From contig NZ_BCZP01000039.1 in the NCBI RefSeq assembly GCF_001598795.1, positions 3,730-35,729 on the forward strand: DNA of 32,000 nt, written 5' to 3'. Below are positions 7,934 to 18,108 of this stretch, piece by piece. Position numbers and translations under genes: made by a program. Positions within the stretch are counted from its first letter, which is position 1, and each line of letters opens with the position of its first letter. Origin of the DNA: Delftia acidovorans NBRC 14950 (GTDB lineage Bacteria; Pseudomonadota; Gammaproteobacteria; Burkholderiales; Burkholderiaceae_C). The notes beneath the pieces are model-generated. The model was not told where the DNA came from, made no database searches, and worked only from the letters and a program-made list of their open reading frames with translations.

Positions 7934-8980
7934 ATGAACCTCACCAAGATTCTTGCCGGACTGTTGGTTGGGCTGGCCATCGTGCTCGCAGGCCTTGCCT
8001 GGCTGCTGGGCAGCCAGCCCGCACGCCCCGTGGCCCAGCCCTCACCGACCGCCTCGGCGCAGCCGGCCCCAGAGCCCGTGCCGCAGCATGCCGTCGTGGT
8101 CGTGGCCCAGGCCATTGCCGCAGGCCAGCGCATCGGCAGCGAGGATGTGAAGCTGGCCCAGCTGCCCGCCCCCGTACCCGGCAGCTTTGCCGCGACCGAT
8201 GACGTGCTGGGCCGCACCACGCTGATGGCGCTCACCCCGGGCACTCCGCTTTTCGAGCAGCAACTGCTCAGCGGCCTGGCCCTGCAGCTGGAGCCGGGAC
8301 AGCGCGCCCTGGCGATTGCCATCCGGGAGCAGATGGCCGCGGGCCACCATGTGCGCCCCGGCGACTTCGTGGATGTCTACTTCACGCTGGACGGCAAGTC
8401 CGACCAGGCACCCGTGGACGCGCAGACCCGGCTGCTGCTGGCGCGCAGCCGCGTGCTGGCCTACGGCTCCGGCAGCGTGGAACGCCCACCCATGCCGGCC
8501 GTCCAGCGCCAGGCGCAGCAGGACAAGGAATCGGCCGGCTCGTCGCTGCGCCGCGCCAGCGCTGCGGATCAGACCGGCCAGCGCCCTGAGAACGTGCAAT
8601 CGGCCGTGCTGGCCGTGCCGCTGGACGATGTGGAGCGCCTCACCCTGGCCGAGAAATTCGGCCAGCTCACCTTGGCGCTGCGCAACCCGGACGACCTGTC
8701 CGTGCCCGATCCCAAGCTCTTCGCCGCCCTGCCCAGCGCACTGCAGCCGGTGGCGGGCCGCCTCCGGAAAGACCAGGCACTGGAGGGTGCAGACCGCGCC
8801 TTCGCCGGCCTTCGCATGCAGGACCTGGCCACCGGCGCCGACGCCAAGAACATCCGCAAGCCTGCCGCCCAGCCCATGACGGCCTTCGCACCCGCCGTGC
8901 GGCCGCCGCCGCAGCGGGCCCCGCGCGAACGCACCGTGGAGCTGCATAACGGAGCCGCGGTGCAGATGGTGAACTACTGA
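7934..8980 (+). CDS. cpaB: Flp pilus assembly protein CpaB/RcpC
   Basis: An AGGAG RBS at 7921-7925 precedes the ATG at 7934. It has an N-terminal TM anchor (ILAGLLVGLAIVLAGLAWLL), a SAF-like segment (VVVVAQAIAAGQRIGSEDVKLAQLP) and an RcpC-like beta region (RALAIAI...VRPGDFVDVYFTL). Confidence 0.85.
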   Translation: MNLTKILAGLLVGLAIVLAGLAWLLGSQPARPVAQPSPTASAQPAPEPVPQHAVVVVAQAIAAGQRIGSEDVKLAQLPAPVPGSFAATDDVLGRTTLMALTPGTPLFEQQLLSGLALQLEPGQRALAIAIREQMAAGHHVRPGDFVDVYFTLDGKSDQAPVDAQTRLLLARSRVLAYGSGSVERPPMPAVQRQAQQDKESAGSSLRRASAADQTGQRPENVQSAVLAVPLDDVERLTLAEKFGQLTLALRNPDDLSVPDPKLFAALPSALQPVAGRLRKDQALEGADRAFAGLRMQDLATGADAKNIRKPAAQPMTAFAPAVRPPPQRAPRERTVELHNGAAVQMVNY

Positions 8981-9005
8981 AAACACACAACAAGAGGGAG
9001 ATGCC

Positions 9006-10520
9006 ATGAAGTGCAAGAACATCTCGACGGCCGGAGCAACCCCGCTGCAGCGCGCGGTCTGGACACTGTGCGGCAGCATGGCCTTGCTGGCATTGCCGCC
9101 AGCGGTGTCGGCGCCTGCGGACACCGCTGCCGTCCAAGGCATGCACAACCCCGGCGCCGGGGACATGCCCTTTGGCGACTCCCTGCAGCTGGTGGCCGGA
9201 CGCCAGCACCTGATGCCGCTGGCCAGTACTCCGGGCCGCATCGCCGTGGGCGACCCCAATGTGCTGGACGTGAAACTGCTGCGCGCCACGCCGGGCTCCG
9301 GCGCCAGTGCCGGCTCCGGCTCCGGCTCCGGCGGAACCGAGCTGCTGCTCACGCCCAAGGCCCAGGGCAGCACCACGTTGGTGGTGTGGCCCCAGAAAGG
9401 TGGCGCACCCCAGCGCTGGGAGGTCCAGGTCCGCGGCCAGCACCTGCTGCTGGAAAAGCGCCTGACCTCGGTTCCAGAACATGCCCAGGCCGTGGCCGAA
9501 CTGCGCCAGTACGCGCCCGCCCAGACGCTGCTGGTGGACAACGCGCAGATCGACGTCAAGAGCAACACCGTCCAGGTGGACGTGCAGGTGGTGGAGTTCA
9601 AGAAATCCGCGATGAAGCGCATCGGCGTCAACATCTACAGCGGCGGGCGCAACAACCAGGGCTTCAGCTTCGGCAGCTTCAGCCCCGGCGTGGTGGGCAG
9701 CATCAGCACCAATACCAACGGCACGGGGACAGGGACGGGAACGGGCAATACCGGCTCGGGCGGCACGGGAGGCACGGGAGGCTCGGGCTCTGGCGGCGTG
9801 TCCAACAACACCTCGTCGGCCATTGCCAGCGCCATGAGCCTGGTGATGACCTTCGGCAAGGCCTTCAGCGGCGCCGGCATCGTCACGCAGCTGAGCATCC
9901 TCGAAGGCAACGGCATGGCGCGCGTGTTGGCCCGGCCTACCCTGCTGGCCCAGACCGGCCAGAACGCAAGCTTCCTGGCCGGCGGCGAGCTGCCGATCCC
10001 CGTGCCCGCGCGCGACGGCAACATCGCCATCCAGTACAAGGAATTCGGCATCAAGCTACAGCTGACGCCCACCATCCTTTCGGACGATCGCATCGCCCTG
10101 AAGGTCTCGCCCGAGGCCAGCGACCTGGACTTCAACAGCGGCGTGACCATCAGCGGCGTCACCGTGCCCGCCATCCGCACGCGCCGCGCCGACACCTCGG
10201 TGGAGCTGGCCGATGGCGAGAGCTTCGTCATCGGCGGGCTGGTCAGCCGCGCCACCACCTCCAACGTCAGCAAGGTGCCGGTGCTGGGCGATCTGCCCAT
10301 CCTGGGCACCTTCTTCAAGAACCTCAACTACACGCAGGAAGAGTCCGAGCTGGTGATCATCGTCACCCCGCGCCTGGTCCACCCGCTTCCCGCCAGCACC
10401 AATCTCGAAGCCCTGCTGCCCGGTGCGCAATCCGAGCAGCGCAACGCCGGCAAGGTCTGGCTGCCCTACCTCGCCGGCGGAATGAGCACCCAGACCGCCG
10501 TACCCGGTTTCTCGTACTGA
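9006..10520 (+). CDS. cpaC: Tad secretin CpaC/RcpA (type II/III secretion system secretin family)
   Basis: It has a signal peptide (ALLALPPAVSA) and a BON-like N-domain (RIAVGDPNVLDVKLL). The C-terminal secretin domain reads LARPTLLAQTGQNASFLAGGELPIPV...VPVLGDLPILGTFFKN...ELVIIVTPRLV. It carries two Gly/Ser/Thr low-complexity inserts. Confidence 0.9.
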   Translation: MKCKNISTAGATPLQRAVWTLCGSMALLALPPAVSAPADTAAVQGMHNPGAGDMPFGDSLQLVAGRQHLMPLASTPGRIAVGDPNVLDVKLLRATPGSGASAGSGSGSGGTELLLTPKAQGSTTLVVWPQKGGAPQRWEVQVRGQHLLLEKRLTSVPEHAQAVAELRQYAPAQTLLVDNAQIDVKSNTVQVDVQVVEFKKSAMKRIGVNIYSGGRNNQGFSFGSFSPGVVGSISTNTNGTGTGTGTGNTGSGGTGGTGGSGSGGVSNNTSSAIASAMSLVMTFGKAFSGAGIVTQLSILEGNGMARVLARPTLLAQTGQNASFLAGGELPIPVPARDGNIAIQYKEFGIKLQLTPTILSDDRIALKVSPEASDLDFNSGVTISGVTVPAIRTRRADTSVELADGESFVIGGLVSRATTSNVSKVPVLGDLPILGTFFKNLNYTQEESELVIIVTPRLVHPLPASTNLEALLPGAQSEQRNAGKVWLPYLAGGMSTQTAVPGFSY

Positions 10521-10524
10521 CGAC

Positions 10525-12072
10525 ATGACAAGCAAGCCCACCGCAACCGATTCGCCTGTGGACGCCACAGGCTCGCCGGCCATCGGCTCACCCACCTCGC
10601 TGGAGACCCTGCTGGGGCTGCGTTCCTCGGCCTCGCTGGCCGGCAAGCCGCAGCCCGGCACCGATGCGCTCGCGCAGGACAAGTCACCGCTTGCGCAGGA
10701 CAAGTCACCGCTTGCGCAGGACAGATCACCGCTTGCACAGGACAAATCACCACTGGACAGGATGACCGCGCCCGCCGCGCCCCGCCCGACGCCGCAGCCG
10801 CTCGACAACGACCTGCAGGTGGAGCTGCTCTTCATCCACGCAGGCACCCCCGAAAGCTCGCTGGCCCAGGCCTGGCTGCAGCACATGCTGGACGGCGCAC
10901 GGCTGCATGTGGCGCGGTTCCAGGACAACGTCACCGATCAGGTGCAGCGCTACATGCCGCATGCCGTGCTCGTGCATTTCGACCCGCTGTCCACCGACGA
11001 GGCGGCCCACCTGGCCTCCCAGCTGCACATCTCCCACCCCCACCTGCCCTGCCTGGCCGTGGGCCGCACCAAGTACCCGCAGTGCATGCTGGCCGCGCTG
11101 CGCGCCGGGGTGCAGGACTTCCTCGACGTGGACGGCCCCGTGCAGGCCGCGCACCAGACGGTGATCGATCTGATCAAGCGCGTGCCCCCGTCGGCCTCGG
11201 GCATGCCCAACGCGCCGCTGACCGCCATCATGTCGGCCCGCGCCGGCCTGGGCAGCAGCCTCATGGCATCGCACCTGGCCTGGTACCTGCAAAAGCGCCT
11301 GCATGGCACGACGGCCGTGCCGGGCAAGGACGCCACGCCCCGCGAGATCAGCAACGAGACGCTGGACGGCCTGCTCATCGACCTGGGCTTTCCCAGCGGC
11401 GACTGCGGGCTGTACCTGGGCACGCTGGGAGACTTCGACTTCATCGAAGCCGTCAACAACCTGCGCCGCTTTGACCGGCGCCTGGCATCGACGGGACTGG
11501 CCCGCCATGAAAGCGGCCTGCGCCTGCTCACGCTGCCGCGCCAGCCCGCCCGCCTGCGCGACGTCTCCTATGCCGATGCCGACGCGCTGCTGCTGCGCCT
11601 GCGCCAGTACTTCCGCCACATCGTGGCCGACCTGGGGGCCGTCGTGCCCACGCAGCTGGCCATGCGCGTGGCGCTGCGCGCCAGCCAGATCTGGGTGGTC
11701 TGCGACCAGAGCGTGGCCAGCGTGGTCTCCACCACCGAGCTGCTGCGCCAGCTCGACGAGCAAAAGGTCGATCGCGAGCGCGTGCAGCTCATCGTCAGCC
11801 GGCACGACAGCCAGCTGGAGCTGGAGGCCCCGCAGATCGCCAGGCAACTGCAGCTGCCGCTGCTGGCCACCATTCCCGAGCGCCGGCGCGAACTGGTCCA
11901 GGCCGTCAACCAGGGCCAGCTGCTGCCCAGCCGGCTGCAGCGCGAGCCCTATGTGCAGGCCGTGGACAAGCTCGCCACCTTGCTGATCACCACCCACCAC
12001 CAGGCCCATGCGGGCGATCAGGCCGCGCCCGCCCGGGGCCTGAACCGTTTCTTCCACCGAACAAGAAGCTGA
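10525..12072 (+). CDS. cpaE: TadZ/CpaE-like pilus localisation protein (pseudo-receiver plus atypical ParA/MinD-type ATPase fold)
   Basis: It occupies the canonical position between the secretin and cpaF. After a low-complexity N-terminus there is a receiver-like segment (LLFIHAG...VLVHFD...), then a MinD/ParA-like region (TAIMSARAGLGSSLMASHLAW...). This assignment is positional plus fold-level resemblance only. Confidence 0.7.
   Translation: MTSKPTATDSPVDATGSPAIGSPTSLETLLGLRSSASLAGKPQPGTDALAQDKSPLAQDKSPLAQDRSPLAQDKSPLDRMTAPAAPRPTPQPLDNDLQVELLFIHAGTPESSLAQAWLQHMLDGARLHVARFQDNVTDQVQRYMPHAVLVHFDPLSTDEAAHLASQLHISHPHLPCLAVGRTKYPQCMLAALRAGVQDFLDVDGPVQAAHQTVIDLIKRVPPSASGMPNAPLTAIMSARAGLGSSLMASHLAWYLQKRLHGTTAVPGKDATPREISNETLDGLLIDLGFPSGDCGLYLGTLGDFDFIEAVNNLRRFDRRLASTGLARHESGLRLLTLPRQPARLRDVSYADADALLLRLRQYFRHIVADLGAVVPTQLAMRVALRASQIWVVCDQSVASVVSTTELLRQLDEQKVDRERVQLIVSRHDSQLELEAPQIARQLQLPLLATIPERRRELVQAVNQGQLLPSRLQREPYVQAVDKLATLLITTHHQAHAGDQAAPARGLNRFFHRTRS
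10672..10755 (+). repeat. Four tandem 21-bp repeats encoding (LAQD[K/R]SP)x4 in the tadZ N-terminus
   Basis: GCGCAGGACAAGTCACCGCTT occurs at 10672-10692 and 10693-10713, followed by two slightly diverged copies running to 10755. Confidence 0.9.
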
Positions 12073-12079
12073 ACGCACC

Positions 12080-13398
<1,319 letters not shown>

Positions 13399-13402
<4 letters not shown>

Positions 13403-14361
13403 CAGGCCTGGCACCCGCCGTCCTCATCCTCGGCGCGCTGGCCTGCCTGCTGCTGGCACTGGCGCTGTGGGTGATCATGCGCGGGCGCCGCAAGGAGCAT
13501 GAGCAGTCGATCAACCTGCACATGAAGCGCAGCGTGGACGGCCACCGGGAGGTGATCTCGCCCTCCCCGCCCATGGCCGAGCCCGCCTTCCGCGCCCCCG
13601 CGGCGCAGCCCGCGCCCTCACCCGCTGCCGTGCAGTGGCTGGCCCAGCGGCTGGGCGTCCAGTCCTGGGGAATCTCGTCCAACACCCTGGCCCTGTTCGC
13701 CATCACCGGCCTGGTGCTGGCCTTGCTGGCGACCAGCCAGGCAGGTGCTGCCGCGGGGCTGGTGGTGGCCGTGTTGTATGCCGTGGTGCTGGCCTTCGGC
13801 ATCTGGCGGCGGCAGGCCAAGCGCCGCGAAAGACTGCTGCAGCAACTGCCCGGCTTCCTGGACAACATGGTCCGCCTGATCTCCATCGGCAACTCGCCCC
13901 ATGCGGCCTTCCAGATGGCGCTGAACAACGTCCCCGATCCGCTGGGCGACGCGCTGCAGCAGGCGGCGGCCATGCTCAGCGCATCGCCCGACCTGGGGCA
14001 GGCCATGGGCCAGCTGGAGCGCAACTGGCGCCTGCCCGAATTCGGCCTGCTGGCCGCCGTGTTCCGCATGAGCGTGCGCTACGGCGGGCGCGCCGACCTG
14101 GTGCTGGAGCGTGTCTCGGCCTACATCCGCGACCGCCAGTCCGCCGAGCGCGAGCTGCATGCGCTGTCCTCCGAGATCCGCATGTCGGCCTGGGTGCTGG
14201 CCCTGCTGCCCCTGGTGGTGGGGACGCTGATCATGGTGATCAACCGCGGCTACTTCATGCGCATGTGGAACGACGACAGCGGCCAGACCATGGTCCTGGT
14301 CGCCGCCGCCCTGGAGGCCCTGGGCGCCTTTCTTCTCTACCGGCTGGCCAAGCTGAGGTGA
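13399..14361 (+). CDS. tadB: TadB (type II secretion system F-family inner membrane protein)
   Basis: The ATG at 13399 overlaps the cpaF stop as ATGA. It has an N-terminal TM helix, a T2SS-F-like cytoplasmic domain (LPGFLDNMVRLISIGNSPHAAF) and C-terminal TM helices. Confidence 0.85.
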
Positions 14362-14415
14362 ACCCATGACAGCACAGGCACAGGCCCACCCATCCGTCTG
14401 CGCAAGGAGCCACGC

Positions 14416-15420
14416 ATGACCACGCAGCAACTGTGGATCGCCAGCATCAGCCTGGGCGCGCTGGGACTGGTGCTGTGGGCCTGCGCCCTGGTGTGGAAGC
14501 TGTGGCGCTCGGCCCGTGCCTCCAGCCAGGTCGCCAAGATATTGCAGGCGCGCGATACCGCATCGACCCCGAAGGCCGCCACGAAGAGCGCCCTGCAGGC
14601 CAACGACGCGCAGCTGCTCAACCCGCTGTCCATCAACGTGCGCTCCTCCGATTCGCCACAGGCGGTGGCCGCCAACCTCCCGCCCCCGGCCTGGCTGCAA
14701 TGGGGCGTGGCCAAGGCCTTGCTGGCCGATGAGGACCGCAAGCTGCTGGACCAGGCCGGCGTGGGTACGCGCAACGGCAGCATGGCCTATGTGGCCAGCC
14801 GCATGGTGCTGTGCGTGGTCCTGCCCCTGCTGGCGCTGGGTGTGCTGCGCCCCGGCGAAAACGCGGCCCTGATCTACGGCTTTCTCGGGGTGAGCCTGGG
14901 GCTCATGCTTCCCAAATGGTTTCTGCGCTCGCGGGCCAAGGGCCGGCGCGAGCAGGTGGTCGAGGAACTGCCGCTGTTCGTCGACCTGCTGCGGCTGCTG
15001 CAGGGCGTGGGCCTGAGCGTGGACCAGAGCCTGCAGATCCTGGCCTCGGAATTCAAGAGCGTGCTGCGCGTCATCAGCGGCGAGCTGGCCCTGGCCAACC
15101 AGCTCTACAACAGCGGGCGCACGCGCGAGCAATCCTTCCAGCGCATGGTCAACATGAGCGCCGACGACGACATGAGCGCCATCGTCAACCTGCTGGTGCA
15201 GGTGGACAAGCATGGGGGCGCCGTGCAGGAGCCGCTGCGGGAATTCAGCATCCGGCTGCGCGAAAAGCGCCAGGCCAGCTTCAAGGAAAAGATAGGTTCC
15301 ATCACCGTCAAGATGACGGGCGTCATGGTCCTCACGCTGCTGCCCGCCCTGCTCGTCATCACGGCGGGCCCCGGCTTCCTGGCCGTGATCAGGGCATTGA
15401 CCACCATGGGAGGACGCTAG
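14416..15420 (+). CDS. tadC: TadC (type II secretion system F-family inner membrane protein)
   Basis: An AAGGAG RBS lies at 14403-14408. The T2SS-F-like domain reads ELPLFVDLLRLLQGVGLSVDQSL, and the order of TM helices matches TadC. Confidence 0.85.
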   Translation: MTTQQLWIASISLGALGLVLWACALVWKLWRSARASSQVAKILQARDTASTPKAATKSALQANDAQLLNPLSINVRSSDSPQAVAANLPPPAWLQWGVAKALLADEDRKLLDQAGVGTRNGSMAYVASRMVLCVVLPLLALGVLRPGENAALIYGFLGVSLGLMLPKWFLRSRAKGRREQVVEELPLFVDLLRLLQGVGLSVDQSLQILASEFKSVLRVISGELALANQLYNSGRTREQSFQRMVNMSADDDMSAIVNLLVQVDKHGGAVQEPLREFSIRLREKRQASFKEKIGSITVKMTGVMVLTLLPALLVITAGPGFLAVIRALTTMGGR

Positions 15421-15422
15421 GC

Positions 15423-16460
15423 ATGCGACACCAGGAAAACACCCACGCAGGGCGGACGCCAGCGCCGGCACCCCTTGCAACCCTGGCAGCCCTGGCGACC
15501 CTGGCCTTGGCCCTGGCCGGCTGCGCCAGCAAGGGGCCGCAGGGCTACGGCGCCCCTTCCGCGCAGCAGGAAACCGCCGCCCAGGCCCAGCAGCAATTGC
15601 AGAACGCCCAGCAGGCCACCCAGGTGGACAACGCCCAGACCTATCTGGACCTGATCACGCAGATGCAGCAGGCGGGCCAGTGGTATGCCTCGCTGGCGCA
15701 CACCGAAGCCTTCGAGCAGCAGTACGGCGTGAACCCGGAGTCGCGCCTGATGCGGGCCGACGCGCTGCGCAACACCGGCCAGGTCGAGCAGGCCCGGCAG
15801 GCCTACCTGGCGCTGCTGCAGGGCGCCACCACGGCGCGGGCGCGGCGCGGCCTGGGCCTGCTGTACGCAAGCCAGGGCCAGTATGGCCAGGCCGTGGAGC
15901 AGCTGGACAAGGCGCGCCAGCTCAACCCCATCGACGCCAACGTGCTCAGTGACCTGGCCTACGCCCACATGCTCGACGGCCGGCTGGCCGCCGCGCAGAT
16001 GCCCATCATGCAGGCCTCGCAACTCGCCCCGGCCAACGCACGGGTGCAGCTGAACATGGCGCTGTTCTGGCTGGCCAGCGGCAACCAGGCCCAGGCGTCG
16101 CAGCTGCTGCGCCAGCTGGCCCAGCCCCAGGCCAAGGGCGCCCTGCCCATGATCGACCAGACCTCGCTGCAGACCCTGCAGGCACAGCTGGCCAGCGTGC
16201 GCGATGCCGTGCGCCTGCGCGGCGACAGCCTGCCCGCAGAGGCCAGTGCCGGTGCCGGTGCCGGTGCCGCTGTGTCCAGCGCCCCTGTGCTGCCTTCTGT
16301 GCTGCCCCCTGCACTACCCCCTGTGCCGACCCTGGGCACCCGCCCCGAAGCACGCGCCACCGAGGCCCTGCCCGAGACCCTGCCGGCCGGCATCACCCGG
16401 CGCATTCTTCTTTCCGAGCCGCCCGGCGCCGCAGGCGCAGCACCGGCCTCGCCACTTTGA
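15423..16460 (+). CDS. tadD: TadD-like TPR lipoprotein
   Basis: The ATG is at 15423. The lipobox is LALAGC. TPR-like repeats include ALRNTGQVEQARQAYLALL, LYASQGQYGQAVEQLDKARQLNP and LAYAHMLDGRLAAA. The tail is Ala/Pro-rich. The ORF-track start at 14811 overlaps tadC and was not used. Confidence 0.8.
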   Translation: MRHQENTHAGRTPAPAPLATLAALATLALALAGCASKGPQGYGAPSAQQETAAQAQQQLQNAQQATQVDNAQTYLDLITQMQQAGQWYASLAHTEAFEQQYGVNPESRLMRADALRNTGQVEQARQAYLALLQGATTARARRGLGLLYASQGQYGQAVEQLDKARQLNPIDANVLSDLAYAHMLDGRLAAAQMPIMQASQLAPANARVQLNMALFWLASGNQAQASQLLRQLAQPQAKGALPMIDQTSLQTLQAQLASVRDAVRLRGDSLPAEASAGAGAGAAVSSAPVLPSVLPPALPPVPTLGTRPEARATEALPETLPAGITRRILLSEPPGAAGAAPASPL

Positions 16461-16470
16461 GGAGCACGAC

Positions 16471-16911
16471 ATGCCAGACACATACCGCATGGACCCACCG
16501 CGCCGCACTGCAGTCGCCAACGCTCTGGCCCCCTGGCTGCTGGCCGCCGGCCTGGCCCTGCTTCCCACGGCCGCGCTGCATGCCCAGGCCTTTGGCGAAG
16601 TGCAGAGCCCGCCCGAGCAGGTGGACGCACGGCCCCATGTGTTCGCCGAGCCCTCCACCGACTCCATCCTGGTCGGCTACACGCTCTACACCAACCCCGA
16701 TGGAACCGTGATGTACCTGCCCCGGCGCGAGATCGACATCGGCGGGGGCACCCTGCGGCTGCTGGAAATGCAGCACAGCCAGCCGGGCCAGCGTGCGCGC
16801 CCCATCGCGGGCGAGCAGGCGCGGCGCAGCTATGCGCGCTACCTCAAGAGCTTCGAGACGGAAATCCCCGCCCTGTACAAGACCGGCGTCGAAGCCGGCG
16901 GCAAGAACTGA
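16471..16911 (+). CDS. Secreted small protein of tad loci (possibly DUF3613 family)
   Basis: A GGAG RBS at 16461 precedes the ATG at 16471. It has a signal peptide (LLAAGLALLPTAALHAQA). The C-terminal RRSYARYLKSFETEIPALY resembles, from memory, the conserved end of DUF3613 proteins found after tadD in Burkholderiales. The family call is unverified. Confidence 0.55.
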   Translation: MPDTYRMDPPRRTAVANALAPWLLAAGLALLPTAALHAQAFGEVQSPPEQVDARPHVFAEPSTDSILVGYTLYTNPDGTVMYLPRREIDIGGGTLRLLEMQHSQPGQRARPIAGEQARRSYARYLKSFETEIPALYKTGVEAGGKN

Positions 16912-16944
16912 GGCCGGCCCCGGCCACGGCTTGCAGGAACGACC

Positions 16945-17460
16945 ATGACCCGGCTCCAACCCCGCGCTCACCGCTCCCACCGACCTGCCAGCCTGCGGCA
17001 GCGGGGGGTGTATGCGCTGGAGTGGGCCATCATCTTCCCGGTGTTCTTTGCCCTGCTGTATGCCTGCATCAGCTACGGGCTGGCGTTCCTGGTGCGCGAA
17101 TCCATGCAGGCCGCCGCCGAAGACGCCGCGCGGGCCACGCTGCGCTACCAGACCAGCCGCACCGCCCGCCTGGACGCGGCCCGCAGCCTGGTGCAACAGC
17201 GGCTCGACTGGCTGCCCGCCGACCTTCGGCCCACGGCTGGCAGCATCGACGTGCGCATCTGCAGGCTGCAGAACAGCGAACTGTGCTCGGCCACGCTGAC
17301 CTGCGGCGTGCTGGTGGCCGAACGCTGCATGGTGCGCGTGGGCTTCACCATCCCTTATGGAACCAGCCCGATAGCGCCCGCCCTGCCGGGCTTCGGCCTG
17401 GTCATGCCCACCACGTTGACGGCCAGCGCCAACATCATGGTGGACAGGGGGGGGCTATGA
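16945..17460 (+). CDS. tadE: TadE-like pseudopilin
   Basis: The N-terminal RGVYALEWAIIFPVFFALLYACISYG matches the TadE N-terminal domain pattern (basic residue, then G, then xxxE, then a hydrophobic helix). Confidence 0.8.
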   Translation: MTRLQPRAHRSHRPASLRQRGVYALEWAIIFPVFFALLYACISYGLAFLVRESMQAAAEDAARATLRYQTSRTARLDAARSLVQQRLDWLPADLRPTAGSIDVRICRLQNSELCSATLTCGVLVAERCMVRVGFTIPYGTSPIAPALPGFGLVMPTTLTASANIMVDRGGL

Positions 17461-17573
17461 GATACCCCCTGAGCGGCTGCGCCGCTTCCCCCTTGAAGGG
17501 GGACGACACCCTCGCTGCGGGGCGGCGCGGCCGGCTTAGGCCCTTGCTCGGGGTCCCTGGGTTGGGGCATGCC
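17461..17573. repeat. REP-like palindromic element between the two tadE-like genes
   Basis: Two adjacent hairpins: AGCGGC-TGC-GCCGCT (17472-17486) and TCCCCC-TTGAA-GGGGGA (17487-17503). GC-rich sequence follows, containing the GGCATGCC palindrome. Confidence 0.45.
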
Positions 17574-17609
17574 ATGCGTGGGGCACGCCCTGCTGCATCG
17601 GCCGAGTTC

Positions 17610-18092
17610 ATGCAGGACACCGGCGATACCTTCGCGGCAGGGCTGCACAGGCGGCAGCGCGGCGTGGCGGCGGTGGAGTTCGCGTTGATCGCCGGGGTGA
17701 TGGTGATGCTGCTGATGGGCATGTTCGTGTACTGGCGCGTGCTGCAGGCCCAGCAGTCGCTGGCGCGTGCCACGGGCGATGGTGCGCGCATGGTCCAGCA
17801 TCTGGCGTTTGGCGGGATGGCGGGCTACAACCCGGCCAAGCCGGCCGAACGCGCCAACATCCTGCAGGCCACCAGCGATGTGGTGAACCAGAGCCTGGCG
17901 GCCAGCGGCATTCCAGCGGGCACGGCGCCCACCCAGATACAGATCAACTGGGGCACTTCCCAGGCCACGCTGAGCGTGGTCTACATGCTTCCCCCCGTGC
18001 TGGGCCAGGGCCTGCAGGTGGGCAGCCAGACCTTGGGCGAACCCACGCGCCTGGAGTCCCGCAGCCTGATCAGGCTTGCGCCCGGCAGCTAG
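17610..18092 (+). CDS. Second TadE/TadF-like pseudopilin
   Basis: MQDTGDTFAAGLHRRQRGVAAVEFALIAGVMVMLLMGMFVY has the TadE N-terminal signature. In-frame alternative starts exist at 17574 and 17457. I chose 17610 because it keeps the usual short leader. Confidence 0.7.
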   Translation: MQDTGDTFAAGLHRRQRGVAAVEFALIAGVMVMLLMGMFVYWRVLQAQQSLARATGDGARMVQHLAFGGMAGYNPAKPAERANILQATSDVVNQSLAASGIPAGTAPTQIQINWGTSQATLSVVYMLPPVLGQGLQVGSQTLGEPTRLESRSLIRLAPGS

Positions 18093-18108
18093 ACAGGAGG
18101 ACCAGAGC

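Noticed and set aside
10672-10755. Whether the 21-bp tandem repeats, the 8-bp repeats at 29171-29218, or the repeated GGCGTTAC words could be a CRISPR array.
   Set aside because: The repeats are contiguous with no unique spacers, are far shorter than CRISPR repeats, and lie in-frame in a gene or in a promoter region. There are no cas genes.
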